A DNA stretch of 25,809 nucleotides from a virus. The notes beneath the pieces are model-generated. The model saw only the letters and a list, made by a program, of their open reading frames with translations. It ran no database searches and was not told the origin of the DNA. The translations under genes were made by a program, and so were the position numbers. Each line of letters starts with the position of its first letter. The stretch's first letter is position 1. Shown one piece after another: positions 8,518 through 16,317 of the stretch. Location: the IMG/VR virus record IMGVR_UViG_3300002131_000176, positions 76,476 through 102,284 of that record; one strand, given 5' to 3'.

Positions 8518-8931
8518 ATGAAATCTTGGTTTACAGATATGAAAGAAATGCACGCACATTATGGCGTGCCAGAATGGATGAGCAAAACCCGCGAAGCTGA
8601 TCCAGAAAAAGTTAATAAGTTTCTTGAGTTTCGTATGAATTTCTTGAAAGAAGAATACGATGAAACACAAAAGGCATATAAAGAAAAAGATGCCGAAGAA
8701 GTAATTGATGGCTTGATTGACTTATGTGTTATTGCTATTGGTACACTTGAAGCGTTTGGCATTGATGCTGATAAAGCATGGAATGAAGTACTCAAAGCTA
8801 ACATGAGCAAAAATGTCGGTGTAAAACCTGAGCGTCCAAATCCATTAGGAATGCCTGACTTGATAAAACCTGAAGGATGGACTGCCCCAAGCCATAAGGA
8901 CAATCATGGTTATTTGCCTGACGCGCTTTAA
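8518..8931 (+). CDS. MazG-like/PRA-PH family all-alpha dNTP pyrophosphatase
   Basis: FLKEEYDET...EEVIDGLIDL, EVLKANMSK, KPEGW.AP motifs. Confidence 0.85.
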   Translation: MKSWFTDMKEMHAHYGVPEWMSKTREADPEKVNKFLEFRMNFLKEEYDETQKAYKEKDAEEVIDGLIDLCVIAIGTLEAFGIDADKAWNEVLKANMSKNVGVKPERPNPLGMPDLIKPEGWTAPSHKDNHGYLPDAL

Positions 8932-9838
8932 AAGTATTTTTGATAATAAGACTCATAACTCATTAGAGTTTAAGACTTTTGCACAGTTTGAGATGGCACT
9001 TAAGGCTTTATCTCAAAAACCAGTGCAATCAAAAAAAGATGCTTATCTTATATCTCCTGCAAATTATGTTGAAGGCGCTACGCGTTCTAATAAAAGCGTA
9101 ATTGAATGGGGAGGTTGGGCTGCGGTTGACGTTGATGATCATGAATTTGAAGGAGATTTAGAAAATGCTTTACGAAATAGGTTTGGTAAGTGGCATTATA
9201 TTTGTTATAGTACTGCAAGCAGCACTGTTGCACGGCCGAAGTTCAGGCTCGTCTTCCCACTTACAACATCTGTACCAAATGAGAAGATCCGACATTTCTG
9301 GTTCGCACTCAATAGTGAACTTGAATCAATCGGAGATAGACAAACTAAAGACCTCAGCAGAATGTATTACATCCCTGCGACGTATGCTGGCGCTAACAAT
9401 TTTTTCTTTGTTAACAACGGTGAGTATATTGATGTGGACTTTCTTTGTGCCAAATGGCCATATAACGATAGGGCCAATAACGCCAACAGTTTCATGGATC
9501 GATTGCCCGACGAATGGCAAAAACAAATTATTGAACACCGAAAGTCTCAACTAGAAAACACTAGTATCAAATGGACAGGTTATAGAGATTGCCCATTCTG
9601 GCCTAAGAAACTTGCATCAGAATATCAAGTCATTAGCAGTACTGGATGGTATCACAAAATGTATCAGATTATGGTTGCTGTTGCTGGTAATGCTATTAAG
9701 AGCGAGTACCCTATCACGGTACAAGAAATTTCCCAAATGTGCAGGCAATTTGATGCCGAAACCGGTAACTGGTATGCTTCTCGGCCTTTAGATAAAGAAG
9801 CAGATCGGGCTTTAGAATATGTGTATAGGAATTTTTAA
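8906..9838 (+). CDS. Primase-polymerase-like (AEP-fold) protein
   Basis: AAVDVDD (DxD), YSTASS..PKFRLVFPL, D..TKDLSRMYY.P, helical PriCT-like C-terminus. Confidence 0.65.
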   Translation: MVICLTRFKSIFDNKTHNSLEFKTFAQFEMALKALSQKPVQSKKDAYLISPANYVEGATRSNKSVIEWGGWAAVDVDDHEFEGDLENALRNRFGKWHYICYSTASSTVARPKFRLVFPLTTSVPNEKIRHFWFALNSELESIGDRQTKDLSRMYYIPATYAGANNFFFVNNGEYIDVDFLCAKWPYNDRANNANSFMDRLPDEWQKQIIEHRKSQLENTSIKWTGYRDCPFWPKKLASEYQVISSTGWYHKMYQIMVAVAGNAIKSEYPITVQEISQMCRQFDAETGNWYASRPLDKEADRALEYVYRNF

Positions 9839-10284
9839 TGTTGTGGAATATTGAAGTTGGTGATACTTTTGTCGATAGCGATATTGACTTAGATCAATTA
9901 GAAAAGCATTTGGCTGAAGAATACCGAGATGGATATTCAAGTTATGAAAACACTCGTAACGGTCTAATCGCTGAACATTTTCTTATTGAAAAATGTGGTT
10001 ATAGTAACGATGTCACGCCTTATAAAGATTTATTTAATCCAGAAGGGGTTTCTGTTGAAGTAAAAACATTCGGCGTTCATCGTGATCCTGATGCATGGAT
10101 GGAAGAAGTACTGCATGGTGGTAAACATAGTTTACGTAAAAGAAAAGTGTTATGGAAAAAAGATATATCTAACCATATAATCTTTTTCCAACGAGATGAG
10201 AATAGGTATATTTGTTATGCAAAATGGGTATTTGGCGAAAAAGGCCGATATATATGTGTACATAAGCTCGAATCTATGGTATAA
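9838..10284 (+). CDS. Putative PD-(D/E)xK endonuclease
   Basis: GLIAEHFL...YKDLFNPEGVSVEVKT (E...D...ExK). Confidence 0.5.
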   Translation: MLWNIEVGDTFVDSDIDLDQLEKHLAEEYRDGYSSYENTRNGLIAEHFLIEKCGYSNDVTPYKDLFNPEGVSVEVKTFGVHRDPDAWMEEVLHGGKHSLRKRKVLWKKDISNHIIFFQRDENRYICYAKWVFGEKGRYICVHKLESMV

Positions 10285-10285
10285 T
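10257..10285 (+). promoter_or_regulatory. Early-type promoter
   Basis: GTGTACA-17-TATAAT with TGG; the -10 box contains the upstream stop codon. Confidence 0.75.
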
Positions 10286-10304
10286 ATAATTTTTAGGAGT
10301 TGCT

Positions 10305-10652
10305 ATGCGTGAATCAATTAAAGTCTTACAAGAGTGTGCAGAAATCCAAGATCGAAAGTCTCGTGATTATCAAAATGAAAAGTCACGAATCCGTCAAGCA
10401 GACTACTACCCTCGTGGTGTGATGTCTATTATGGAACTAATCAATACTAAAACAATCCGTTTGTGGTCAGTACTAGAAGCCATGGAAAACGATCCTAACT
10501 ACGAACCTAACTTCGAATCAGTCGAAGACTCACTTAAAGATCTGATCAACTATGCTTCTTTTGCCGTGTCATATTCACGCGGTAAGATCGACGGTCAAGA
10601 TCCATCGCGTGATTTTTTAAACCGCAAAACAAAAGAATACCCGGTATTGTAA
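10305..10652 (+). CDS. Nucleotide-modification-associated domain 1 (Nmad1/DUF1599-like) protein
   Basis: QDRKSRDY...K..RL...ESVEDSLKDLINYA. Confidence 0.75.
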   Translation: MRESIKVLQECAEIQDRKSRDYQNEKSRIRQADYYPRGVMSIMELINTKTIRLWSVLEAMENDPNYEPNFESVEDSLKDLINYASFAVSYSRGKIDGQDPSRDFLNRKTKEYPVL

Positions 10653-11459
10653 ATGCACTTTAAAATTGCAATCATTGGCCATGGATTTGTTGGTAAAGCT
10701 GTTGACTATGGATTTACCAATCCAAAAGTAATAAAGCAAACTATTGATCCAAAGTATAACAATAATGTTAACCATATCGATATTAGCACCGACTTAATAT
10801 TTGTGTGTGTTCCTACACCTATGGGTGATTTTAGTATTATCCGTAATACGATGGAGCAGTTAAAGCTACGTGGTTTTTTAAATCATAGTATGGTAGTAAT
10901 TAAATCTACAGTACCGCCAGATGTGTTAAAGGAATTTGCAACAAGCAGTGTGGTGTATAACCCTGAGTTTTTAACTGAAAAGTCGGCTTCTGAACAATTT
11001 ATTAATCCACCGTTTCACATTTTTGGTGGAGATACCCGGGCTTCAGACACGCTTGAAAGATATTATCAGCAATATAGCCTATGCAATATTTGTCCTTCGT
11101 ATAAATTGACTATTGAAGAAGCTTCAGTTGTAAAATATACTATTAATTCTTTCCTTGCAACCAAGGTAGCTTTCTTTAATCAACTTTATAGTATGTGCGC
11201 TGATAATGGTTATAATTTTAATCAAATTATTCAAGCTGTAGGTGCTGATTCTCGTATTGGACACAGCCACACCAAAGTGCCGGGGTTTGATGGAAAACTA
11301 GGGTTTGGCGGAGCGTGTTTTCCTAAAGATACCCAAGCTTTTGTTAACTTTAGTGATAAATTATCAGTATTAGAAGCTGTTATAAGTGCCAATAATACGA
11401 TGCGTGCTGAATACGAGTTAGATGACCGTGAAAAAGAACAAAAAATTATGTACAAATAA
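10653..11459 (+). CDS. UDP-glucose/GDP-mannose 6-dehydrogenase family (short form)
   Basis: GHGFVG, CVPTP, KSTVPP, NPEFL, KYTINSFLATKVAFFN, GFGGACFPKD (catalytic Cys). Confidence 0.9.
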   Translation: MHFKIAIIGHGFVGKAVDYGFTNPKVIKQTIDPKYNNNVNHIDISTDLIFVCVPTPMGDFSIIRNTMEQLKLRGFLNHSMVVIKSTVPPDVLKEFATSSVVYNPEFLTEKSASEQFINPPFHIFGGDTRASDTLERYYQQYSLCNICPSYKLTIEEASVVKYTINSFLATKVAFFNQLYSMCADNGYNFNQIIQAVGADSRIGHSHTKVPGFDGKLGFGGACFPKDTQAFVNFSDKLSVLEAVISANNTMRAEYELDDREKEQKIMYK

Positions 11460-11477
11460 CAGATTCTGTTGTATAAT
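11449..11477 (+). promoter_or_regulatory. Early-type promoter for the gp42 operon
   Basis: TGTACA-17-TATAAT; AGGAG RBS follows. Confidence 0.75.
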
Positions 11478-11500
11478 GTTAAATCAACTCAGGAGTAATA

Positions 11501-12148
11501 ATGTTAAAGGTATCTGATATACGCACTCTTTTTGTCAAAGCTTTGGCAGATGAGCGTTTTACCACAGATCGTAATGGATCAAAAACCATTGAGATCCTTG
11601 GTGCATCATTCGTAGCTGATGAGCCAGCTATCTTTGGCGAACCAAGCTATGAATATATCCAGCGTGAATTTCGATGGTACAATTCAATGTCTAGCAACGT
11701 CAATGATATTGAAGGTACTGTACCTGCTGCCTGGAAAATGACTGGAAACAAGCACGGCGAGATTAATTCAAACTATGGCTTATTAGTTTACTCAGATAAA
11801 TTTTATAATCAATTTAAAAGAGTCGTGGAAGAATTACAAACTAATCCGGATTCTCGCCGTGCGTCTATGATCTACACTCGTCCATCGATTTGGAATGAGT
11901 ACAATGAGAATGGCAAAAACGACTTCATCTGTACCAATTCAGTCACATACTACATTCGTGATAGTAAGTTGCATTGTGTAGTTCAGATGCGTTCCAACGA
12001 TGTCGTCTATGGCTATAAGAATGATTATGCCTGGCAGCTGCATCTTTTACACCAAGTAGCAAATACTTTAAATGTTGAAACCGGTACTATTACATGGCAA
12101 GTTCAGAATTTGCACGTGTACGAACGCCATTTTAATCTTGTAAGCTAA
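11501..12148 (+). CDS. 42: dCMP hydroxymethyltransferase (T4 gp42-like)
   Basis: KTIEILGASFVADEP, YIQRE..WY, GEINSNYG, NPDSRR..MIYTRPS, DFICTN, MRSNDVVYGYKNDYAWQ (Asp175 = cytosine-specifying residue), LHVYERHF; closely parallels T4 gp42. Confidence 0.92.
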   Translation: MLKVSDIRTLFVKALADERFTTDRNGSKTIEILGASFVADEPAIFGEPSYEYIQREFRWYNSMSSNVNDIEGTVPAAWKMTGNKHGEINSNYGLLVYSDKFYNQFKRVVEELQTNPDSRRASMIYTRPSIWNEYNENGKNDFICTNSVTYYIRDSKLHCVVQMRSNDVVYGYKNDYAWQLHLLHQVANTLNVETGTITWQVQNLHVYERHFNLVS

Positions 12149-13104
12149 TGAACGTAATCACTAATCCAATATCAAACATTCCAAAGAATGAGAAGTCGCA
12201 TGTGCTTGGTTGGTCTTTGTTATGGAAAGATCAACTCAAAGCATCTATAGATCATAAATGCACTCCGTACATTAAGAATGCTGATGTAGTATATATTGAG
12301 CATGGCGCTAATTTTGGTGGCACCCTTAATTTGTTTGGTGGTGCAAATAAGGAAGTATTTGATAAAATCAACCTTGTAATGTCTTGCACTAACATCGTGT
12401 CTTTAGATTGGGATATGCCAGATTACGGCGCTATGCTAAAGAAACGGCTCGATGCTCCTACTACATATAAAGGCATTACTGAGAAATGGTGCGACCTTGT
12501 ATCAAAACGGATACAAAGTATTTCCTCACTCAAACAGAAAGACCTGTTGACTGATGGTGTCACAATCGGTGATTCGCATACCATAGCGTTTAGCGGCGTA
12601 GGCGATCGGGTGTATCGCGCTGATGGTAAAACCCTTTTTGGAACTTTAAAAAAAGGATTACGTCAGGATTTTGGCGAACTTGTTGGTAAAGCTACCTTTT
12701 GTATGGGGTCAATTGATATTAGGCACCACATCTTACGCTATCCTGATTTTTCTTTAAAAGATACTATTAAGGACTATGTAAGCCAGGCCAAAGAATTAGC
12801 TGATGATGTATGGTTTGCTGCTCCAGTTCCAGTAGAGTTTGAAGGAAGACGCATTCCTAAATCTGGATTTTATAAGAAGACTCCTTTTTTTGGTTCTTGG
12901 AAAGACCGACAAGAGCTTACCAATAACTTTATTGATATGCTATATACTGAGTCAAAAGGTAAAGTTGTAATGCCACCAAAAGAATGGTACACTATGGATC
13001 CTGAGAAATACGCAAATACGTTTATGGAACATGGTTCGTCTTTTCACATTGCACCGCCATTTCATTTTAGAAAAAACTGGGGAGTAACAGCACTTGCCGC
13101 ATAA
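12148..13104 (+). CDS. Uncharacterised protein, C-terminal SGNH/GDSL-like domain
   Basis: IGDSH, GKTL, GSIDIRHH, SSFH blocks; translationally coupled to gp42 (TAATG). Confidence 0.55.
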   Translation: MNVITNPISNIPKNEKSHVLGWSLLWKDQLKASIDHKCTPYIKNADVVYIEHGANFGGTLNLFGGANKEVFDKINLVMSCTNIVSLDWDMPDYGAMLKKRLDAPTTYKGITEKWCDLVSKRIQSISSLKQKDLLTDGVTIGDSHTIAFSGVGDRVYRADGKTLFGTLKKGLRQDFGELVGKATFCMGSIDIRHHILRYPDFSLKDTIKDYVSQAKELADDVWFAAPVPVEFEGRRIPKSGFYKKTPFFGSWKDRQELTNNFIDMLYTESKGKVVMPPKEWYTMDPEKYANTFMEHGSSFHIAPPFHFRKNWGVTALAA

Positions 13105-13990
13105 TAACCATGTAATTGACGGGGTCAACCGAGACATAAATCCGTTTTATGGCGATCCAAAAGAATATTATTTAGAGATGGCAAAGGATTGGGAAGATCC
13201 TTATGGAATGCCAGAAATTGTGACACATGACGGAATCAGGGTGGTGCGGGATGATTTTCTTGTAGGATCAAAAGTACGTGGTGGAGATTGTTTGATATCA
13301 TCGCTGCCTGAGCATATCGATACCATTGTGTATGTTCAGCCTAGGACTGGTTTAGCAGGTGTATCAATCCTTGATGTAGCAAAGCGCCATAATAAGAAGG
13401 TGCGACTGTTCATGCCTTCTTCTCAGAAGATTTCAGTGCATCAAGCCTGTTGTATCGAACGTGGGGCTGATGTATCTTTTCATCGTATTGCTGCAATGCC
13501 TAATCTAAATTTGATTGCAAAGAAATGGGCTAGTGAACATTCGAATGCATTCTTTGTTCCTCTTGGATTAAAGCATGAACGTGTGACAGCAGGTATTGTA
13601 AAGTCTGCTTCACGCATACCAGCGCCTGATGTCGTGTATACTGCCACGTCCACGGGCGTGCTCACCCGCGCGCTTCAGATTGCTTGGCCAGATGCTGAAT
13701 TTGTATCTGTCTGTGTATCACGTAATATGAAAGCGGGTGAACTTGGTAAAGCTAAGCCCATTTCTGAAAACCTTGCATTTACTTCAAGCGAGAAAAAAGA
13801 GAACTTACCACCATTTCCTAACATAGATACCTACGACGGAAAGGTATGGAAATTTATACCTAAGAATAGTGATAAAGATATTCTATTTTGGAACGTAGGC
13901 CGTGAGCCAGAGCTTATTAACAAATCGATTATTGATCAAACAGACTCATATCGCGATTGGGAAAAGAATGTCAAACAAATGGCTGAATGA
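13094..13990 (+). CDS. PLP-dependent enzyme (fold type II/PALP-like)
   Basis: VVRDDFLVGSKVRG (putative PLP Lys), TATSTGVL phosphate loop, YDGKVW, LFWNVG; TTG start with GGAG RBS. Confidence 0.8.
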   Translation: MPHNNHVIDGVNRDINPFYGDPKEYYLEMAKDWEDPYGMPEIVTHDGIRVVRDDFLVGSKVRGGDCLISSLPEHIDTIVYVQPRTGLAGVSILDVAKRHNKKVRLFMPSSQKISVHQACCIERGADVSFHRIAAMPNLNLIAKKWASEHSNAFFVPLGLKHERVTAGIVKSASRIPAPDVVYTATSTGVLTRALQIAWPDAEFVSVCVSRNMKAGELGKAKPISENLAFTSSEKKENLPPFPNIDTYDGKVWKFIPKNSDKDILFWNVGREPELINKSIIDQTDSYRDWEKNVKQMAE

Positions 13991-15023
13991 AGAAGCTCTG
14001 GATGTATTAGTTAACTACTATTACCCACGCGCAAAATGGTTACAAGATAATTGCAACTGGGGCGATATATCTTATCTAGGATCAGAAGCTGATAAAGCAG
14101 TCAATGATCCATTAATGCAATATATTGACATTTACGATTGTTACACACGCGATGCGGCTGGTTTTTCGAATGTATTACAGGACTTAAAGTTTCGTGTTAA
14201 CACACCCAAGAGACACCATCAAATTAAAAACTCAGCTCTCGGCCAAAAACACTGGGATCTTGTCGATAGTTATATTACTGAAAGTTGGGATACCAAGACT
14301 TGGTTCTATACTTACTTTGTTCATCGTATTACAGGTTCTGGCGCATCGTTCACGCGTGACCACGGCTATCGCAATAATGTAGTTCAACATTTTGGTAAGC
14401 TGCGTGATATCAAAGATATGAAAGCTTTCATGATTGAGAAAAAGCAATCTGGAAAGCCTTTATTTACTTCGATTGGCAACCAGCCACCGTCACCCCGTAA
14501 AGGCGTTACGTGTCTTGATTTTATGGTAAACGAACTTGAACCTTTAGTTGATCGTTTTATGGAATGGTTGCCAAAGGAAGGCCGTAAAAGGACTCATAAA
14601 GAAGTAGTTGATTATTTGAATGAGTATAACATAGAACAAGGTCACAAGCGATTTAACTTTGTGTATGCTGCATTCTCATATGATATGGGTGACTACCACA
14701 AAGATTTAGTTGATGATATGTCGCATGGCTACTTTGGTAATAACGCGATACGATGCATGAAGCTCTTATCAAACGGGTATACTACGGACGAATTCATGGA
14801 TCTTCTCTGTGAGCGCATGGGAGGCGCACCACGTGATAACGAAGACGTAATGTGTGACTTTGTTCGCTTTGGCCAAAACTATGTACCACGCAGCGATAAC
14901 ACCTTTGATCATGTGCCATCCGATATAAGTAATAAATCTGGATGGGAGTCTGGGTGGGAACAAAGACAAGGCCAACCGAATATTGCAAAAAACGATTTAC
15001 AACTTGATGCTTTCATGGTATAA
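13968..15023 (+). CDS. Divergent amino acid:DNA transferase / aGPT-PPlase-like protein
   Basis: N-terminal DPLMQYIDIYDCYTR and C-terminal EDVMCDFVRF resemble the DPIL..Y.F.N..R and E..LCE..KY motifs; adjacent to the PLP enzyme; start ATG 13968. Confidence 0.55.
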   Translation: MSNKWLNEEALDVLVNYYYPRAKWLQDNCNWGDISYLGSEADKAVNDPLMQYIDIYDCYTRDAAGFSNVLQDLKFRVNTPKRHHQIKNSALGQKHWDLVDSYITESWDTKTWFYTYFVHRITGSGASFTRDHGYRNNVVQHFGKLRDIKDMKAFMIEKKQSGKPLFTSIGNQPPSPRKGVTCLDFMVNELEPLVDRFMEWLPKEGRKRTHKEVVDYLNEYNIEQGHKRFNFVYAAFSYDMGDYHKDLVDDMSHGYFGNNAIRCMKLLSNGYTTDEFMDLLCERMGGAPRDNEDVMCDFVRFGQNYVPRSDNTFDHVPSDISNKSGWESGWEQRQGQPNIAKNDLQLDAFMV

Positions 15024-15024
15024 T
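14996..15024 (+). promoter_or_regulatory. Early-type promoter
   Basis: TTTACA-17-TATAAT with TGG; overlaps the upstream stop codon. Confidence 0.75.
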
Positions 15025-15035
15025 AGACGTATATT

Positions 15036-15668
15036 ATGAGCAATGATTTAAAAGACTTAATTTCTACTCCATTAGATCTACCATTAATTGAGCCTACAAG
15101 CTGGGATGATTGGTGGGATTTGTGGAACAAGGAATCTGCATATACGCCTAAAGTAATAAAAACACATAACAATGTGAGTTCTCCATGGAAAGGCCTTGAG
15201 ATATGGTCTAGGCCTGGTATAAATTCAAGGAGTATAGTGACATATGATGCGAAAAATGTCAATCGGCCTGACTTATTTCCATCGATTTTTGATAACCTAG
15301 ATAAATTTCCTATTAAAATCGATATAGTTAGAGTTGTTTCAAATTTTGTAACAGTTATACCACACAGTGATGCACTTCCAGATAAAAAAATATTAAGTGT
15401 GCGATCTATGCTTTATAACACTAATATTGAACCAACGTTTAATTACAGATTGAATGGCCAAAAAGTATACCAAACACTTCCTAAAGATACAAACACATGG
15501 ATGTATTGGGATCATAAAACTAAACATGCTGCTGATTTTCATCATGGGTATACTAAACATTTAATAACTATATATGGCCGTCAAAAGGCTAATTATAATG
15601 AGTATATTGAAAAAAGTGCTAACATGTATAAGGACCATGCTATTTTTAACACAAAAACAATGGAATAA
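15036..15668 (+). CDS. Putative 2OG-Fe(II) oxygenase/cupin-like protein
   Basis: PHSD (HxD)...KHAAD distal His...basic residue then hydrophobic strand. Confidence 0.5.
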   Translation: MSNDLKDLISTPLDLPLIEPTSWDDWWDLWNKESAYTPKVIKTHNNVSSPWKGLEIWSRPGINSRSIVTYDAKNVNRPDLFPSIFDNLDKFPIKIDIVRVVSNFVTVIPHSDALPDKKILSVRSMLYNTNIEPTFNYRLNGQKVYQTLPKDTNTWMYWDHKTKHAADFHHGYTKHLITIYGRQKANYNEYIEKSANMYKDHAIFNTKTME

Positions 15669-15673
15669 AAATT

Positions 15674-15871
15674 ATGACAGAACCCAAGAAACGACTTAAC
15701 GACGTTACGCCTGAGGAATGGAACAAAGCTCACGATAAATGGGCTAATGAATCTACGCTAGTTCACTCAGAACATTACTACGACTCTGACCGCAACAAAC
15801 CATTAAATGATGAAAAAAATGATACAAACTCCGACTGGGACAACTGGAAACCATCAAAAACATTTGTCTAA
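15674..15871 (+). CDS. Small hypothetical protein
   Basis: 65-aa ORF, LNDVTPEEW motif. Confidence 0.55.
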   Translation: MTEPKKRLNDVTPEEWNKAHDKWANESTLVHSEHYYDSDRNKPLNDEKNDTNSDWDNWKPSKTFV

Positions 15872-16316
15872 CGAGCATAACAGCTGGGACCATGTATTTT
15901 TACGACTTGCTAAAGAAGTAGCATCATGGTCTAAAGACCCCTCAACCAAGGTAGGCGCAATTGCTGTCGGCCCTAAACGCAATGTTTTGGCTCAAGGCTA
16001 TAACGGTTTTCCTAGAGGTATTTTTGATTATGCCGAAAGATATGATGATAAACCTACTAAGTACATGTATGTCGTCCATGCAGAGATGAATGTCATTTAT
16101 AATGCTACGTATAATGGTGTTTCACTTGATGGTGCATCACTTTATATTCATGGATTGCCGCCGTGCTCTGAGTGCGCCAAAGGCATTATACAAGTTGGCA
16201 TTAAAGAAATTATAACTGAAACCGCTGGCATTCCTAAAAAATGGCAAGATTCATGGGAATTTTCTAAGAGTATGTTTGATGAAGTAGGTATCACTGTTCG
16301 AACTATCGAAAGATAA
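15807..16316 (+). CDS. cd: dCMP deaminase
   Basis: SKDPSTKVGA, GYNGFPRG, HAEMN, PCSECAKGIIQVGI; start may be TTG 15864. Confidence 0.95.
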   Translation: MMKKMIQTPTGTTGNHQKHLSNEHNSWDHVFLRLAKEVASWSKDPSTKVGAIAVGPKRNVLAQGYNGFPRGIFDYAERYDDKPTKYMYVVHAEMNVIYNATYNGVSLDGASLYIHGLPPCSECAKGIIQVGIKEIITETAGIPKKWQDSWEFSKSMFDEVGITVRTIER

Positions 16317-16317
16317 A

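Noticed and set aside
11501-12148. Annotation as ordinary thymidylate synthase ThyA or dUMP hydroxymethylase
   Set aside because: Asp rather than Asn at the specificity position, close motif match to T4 gp42, and a separate ThyX is present
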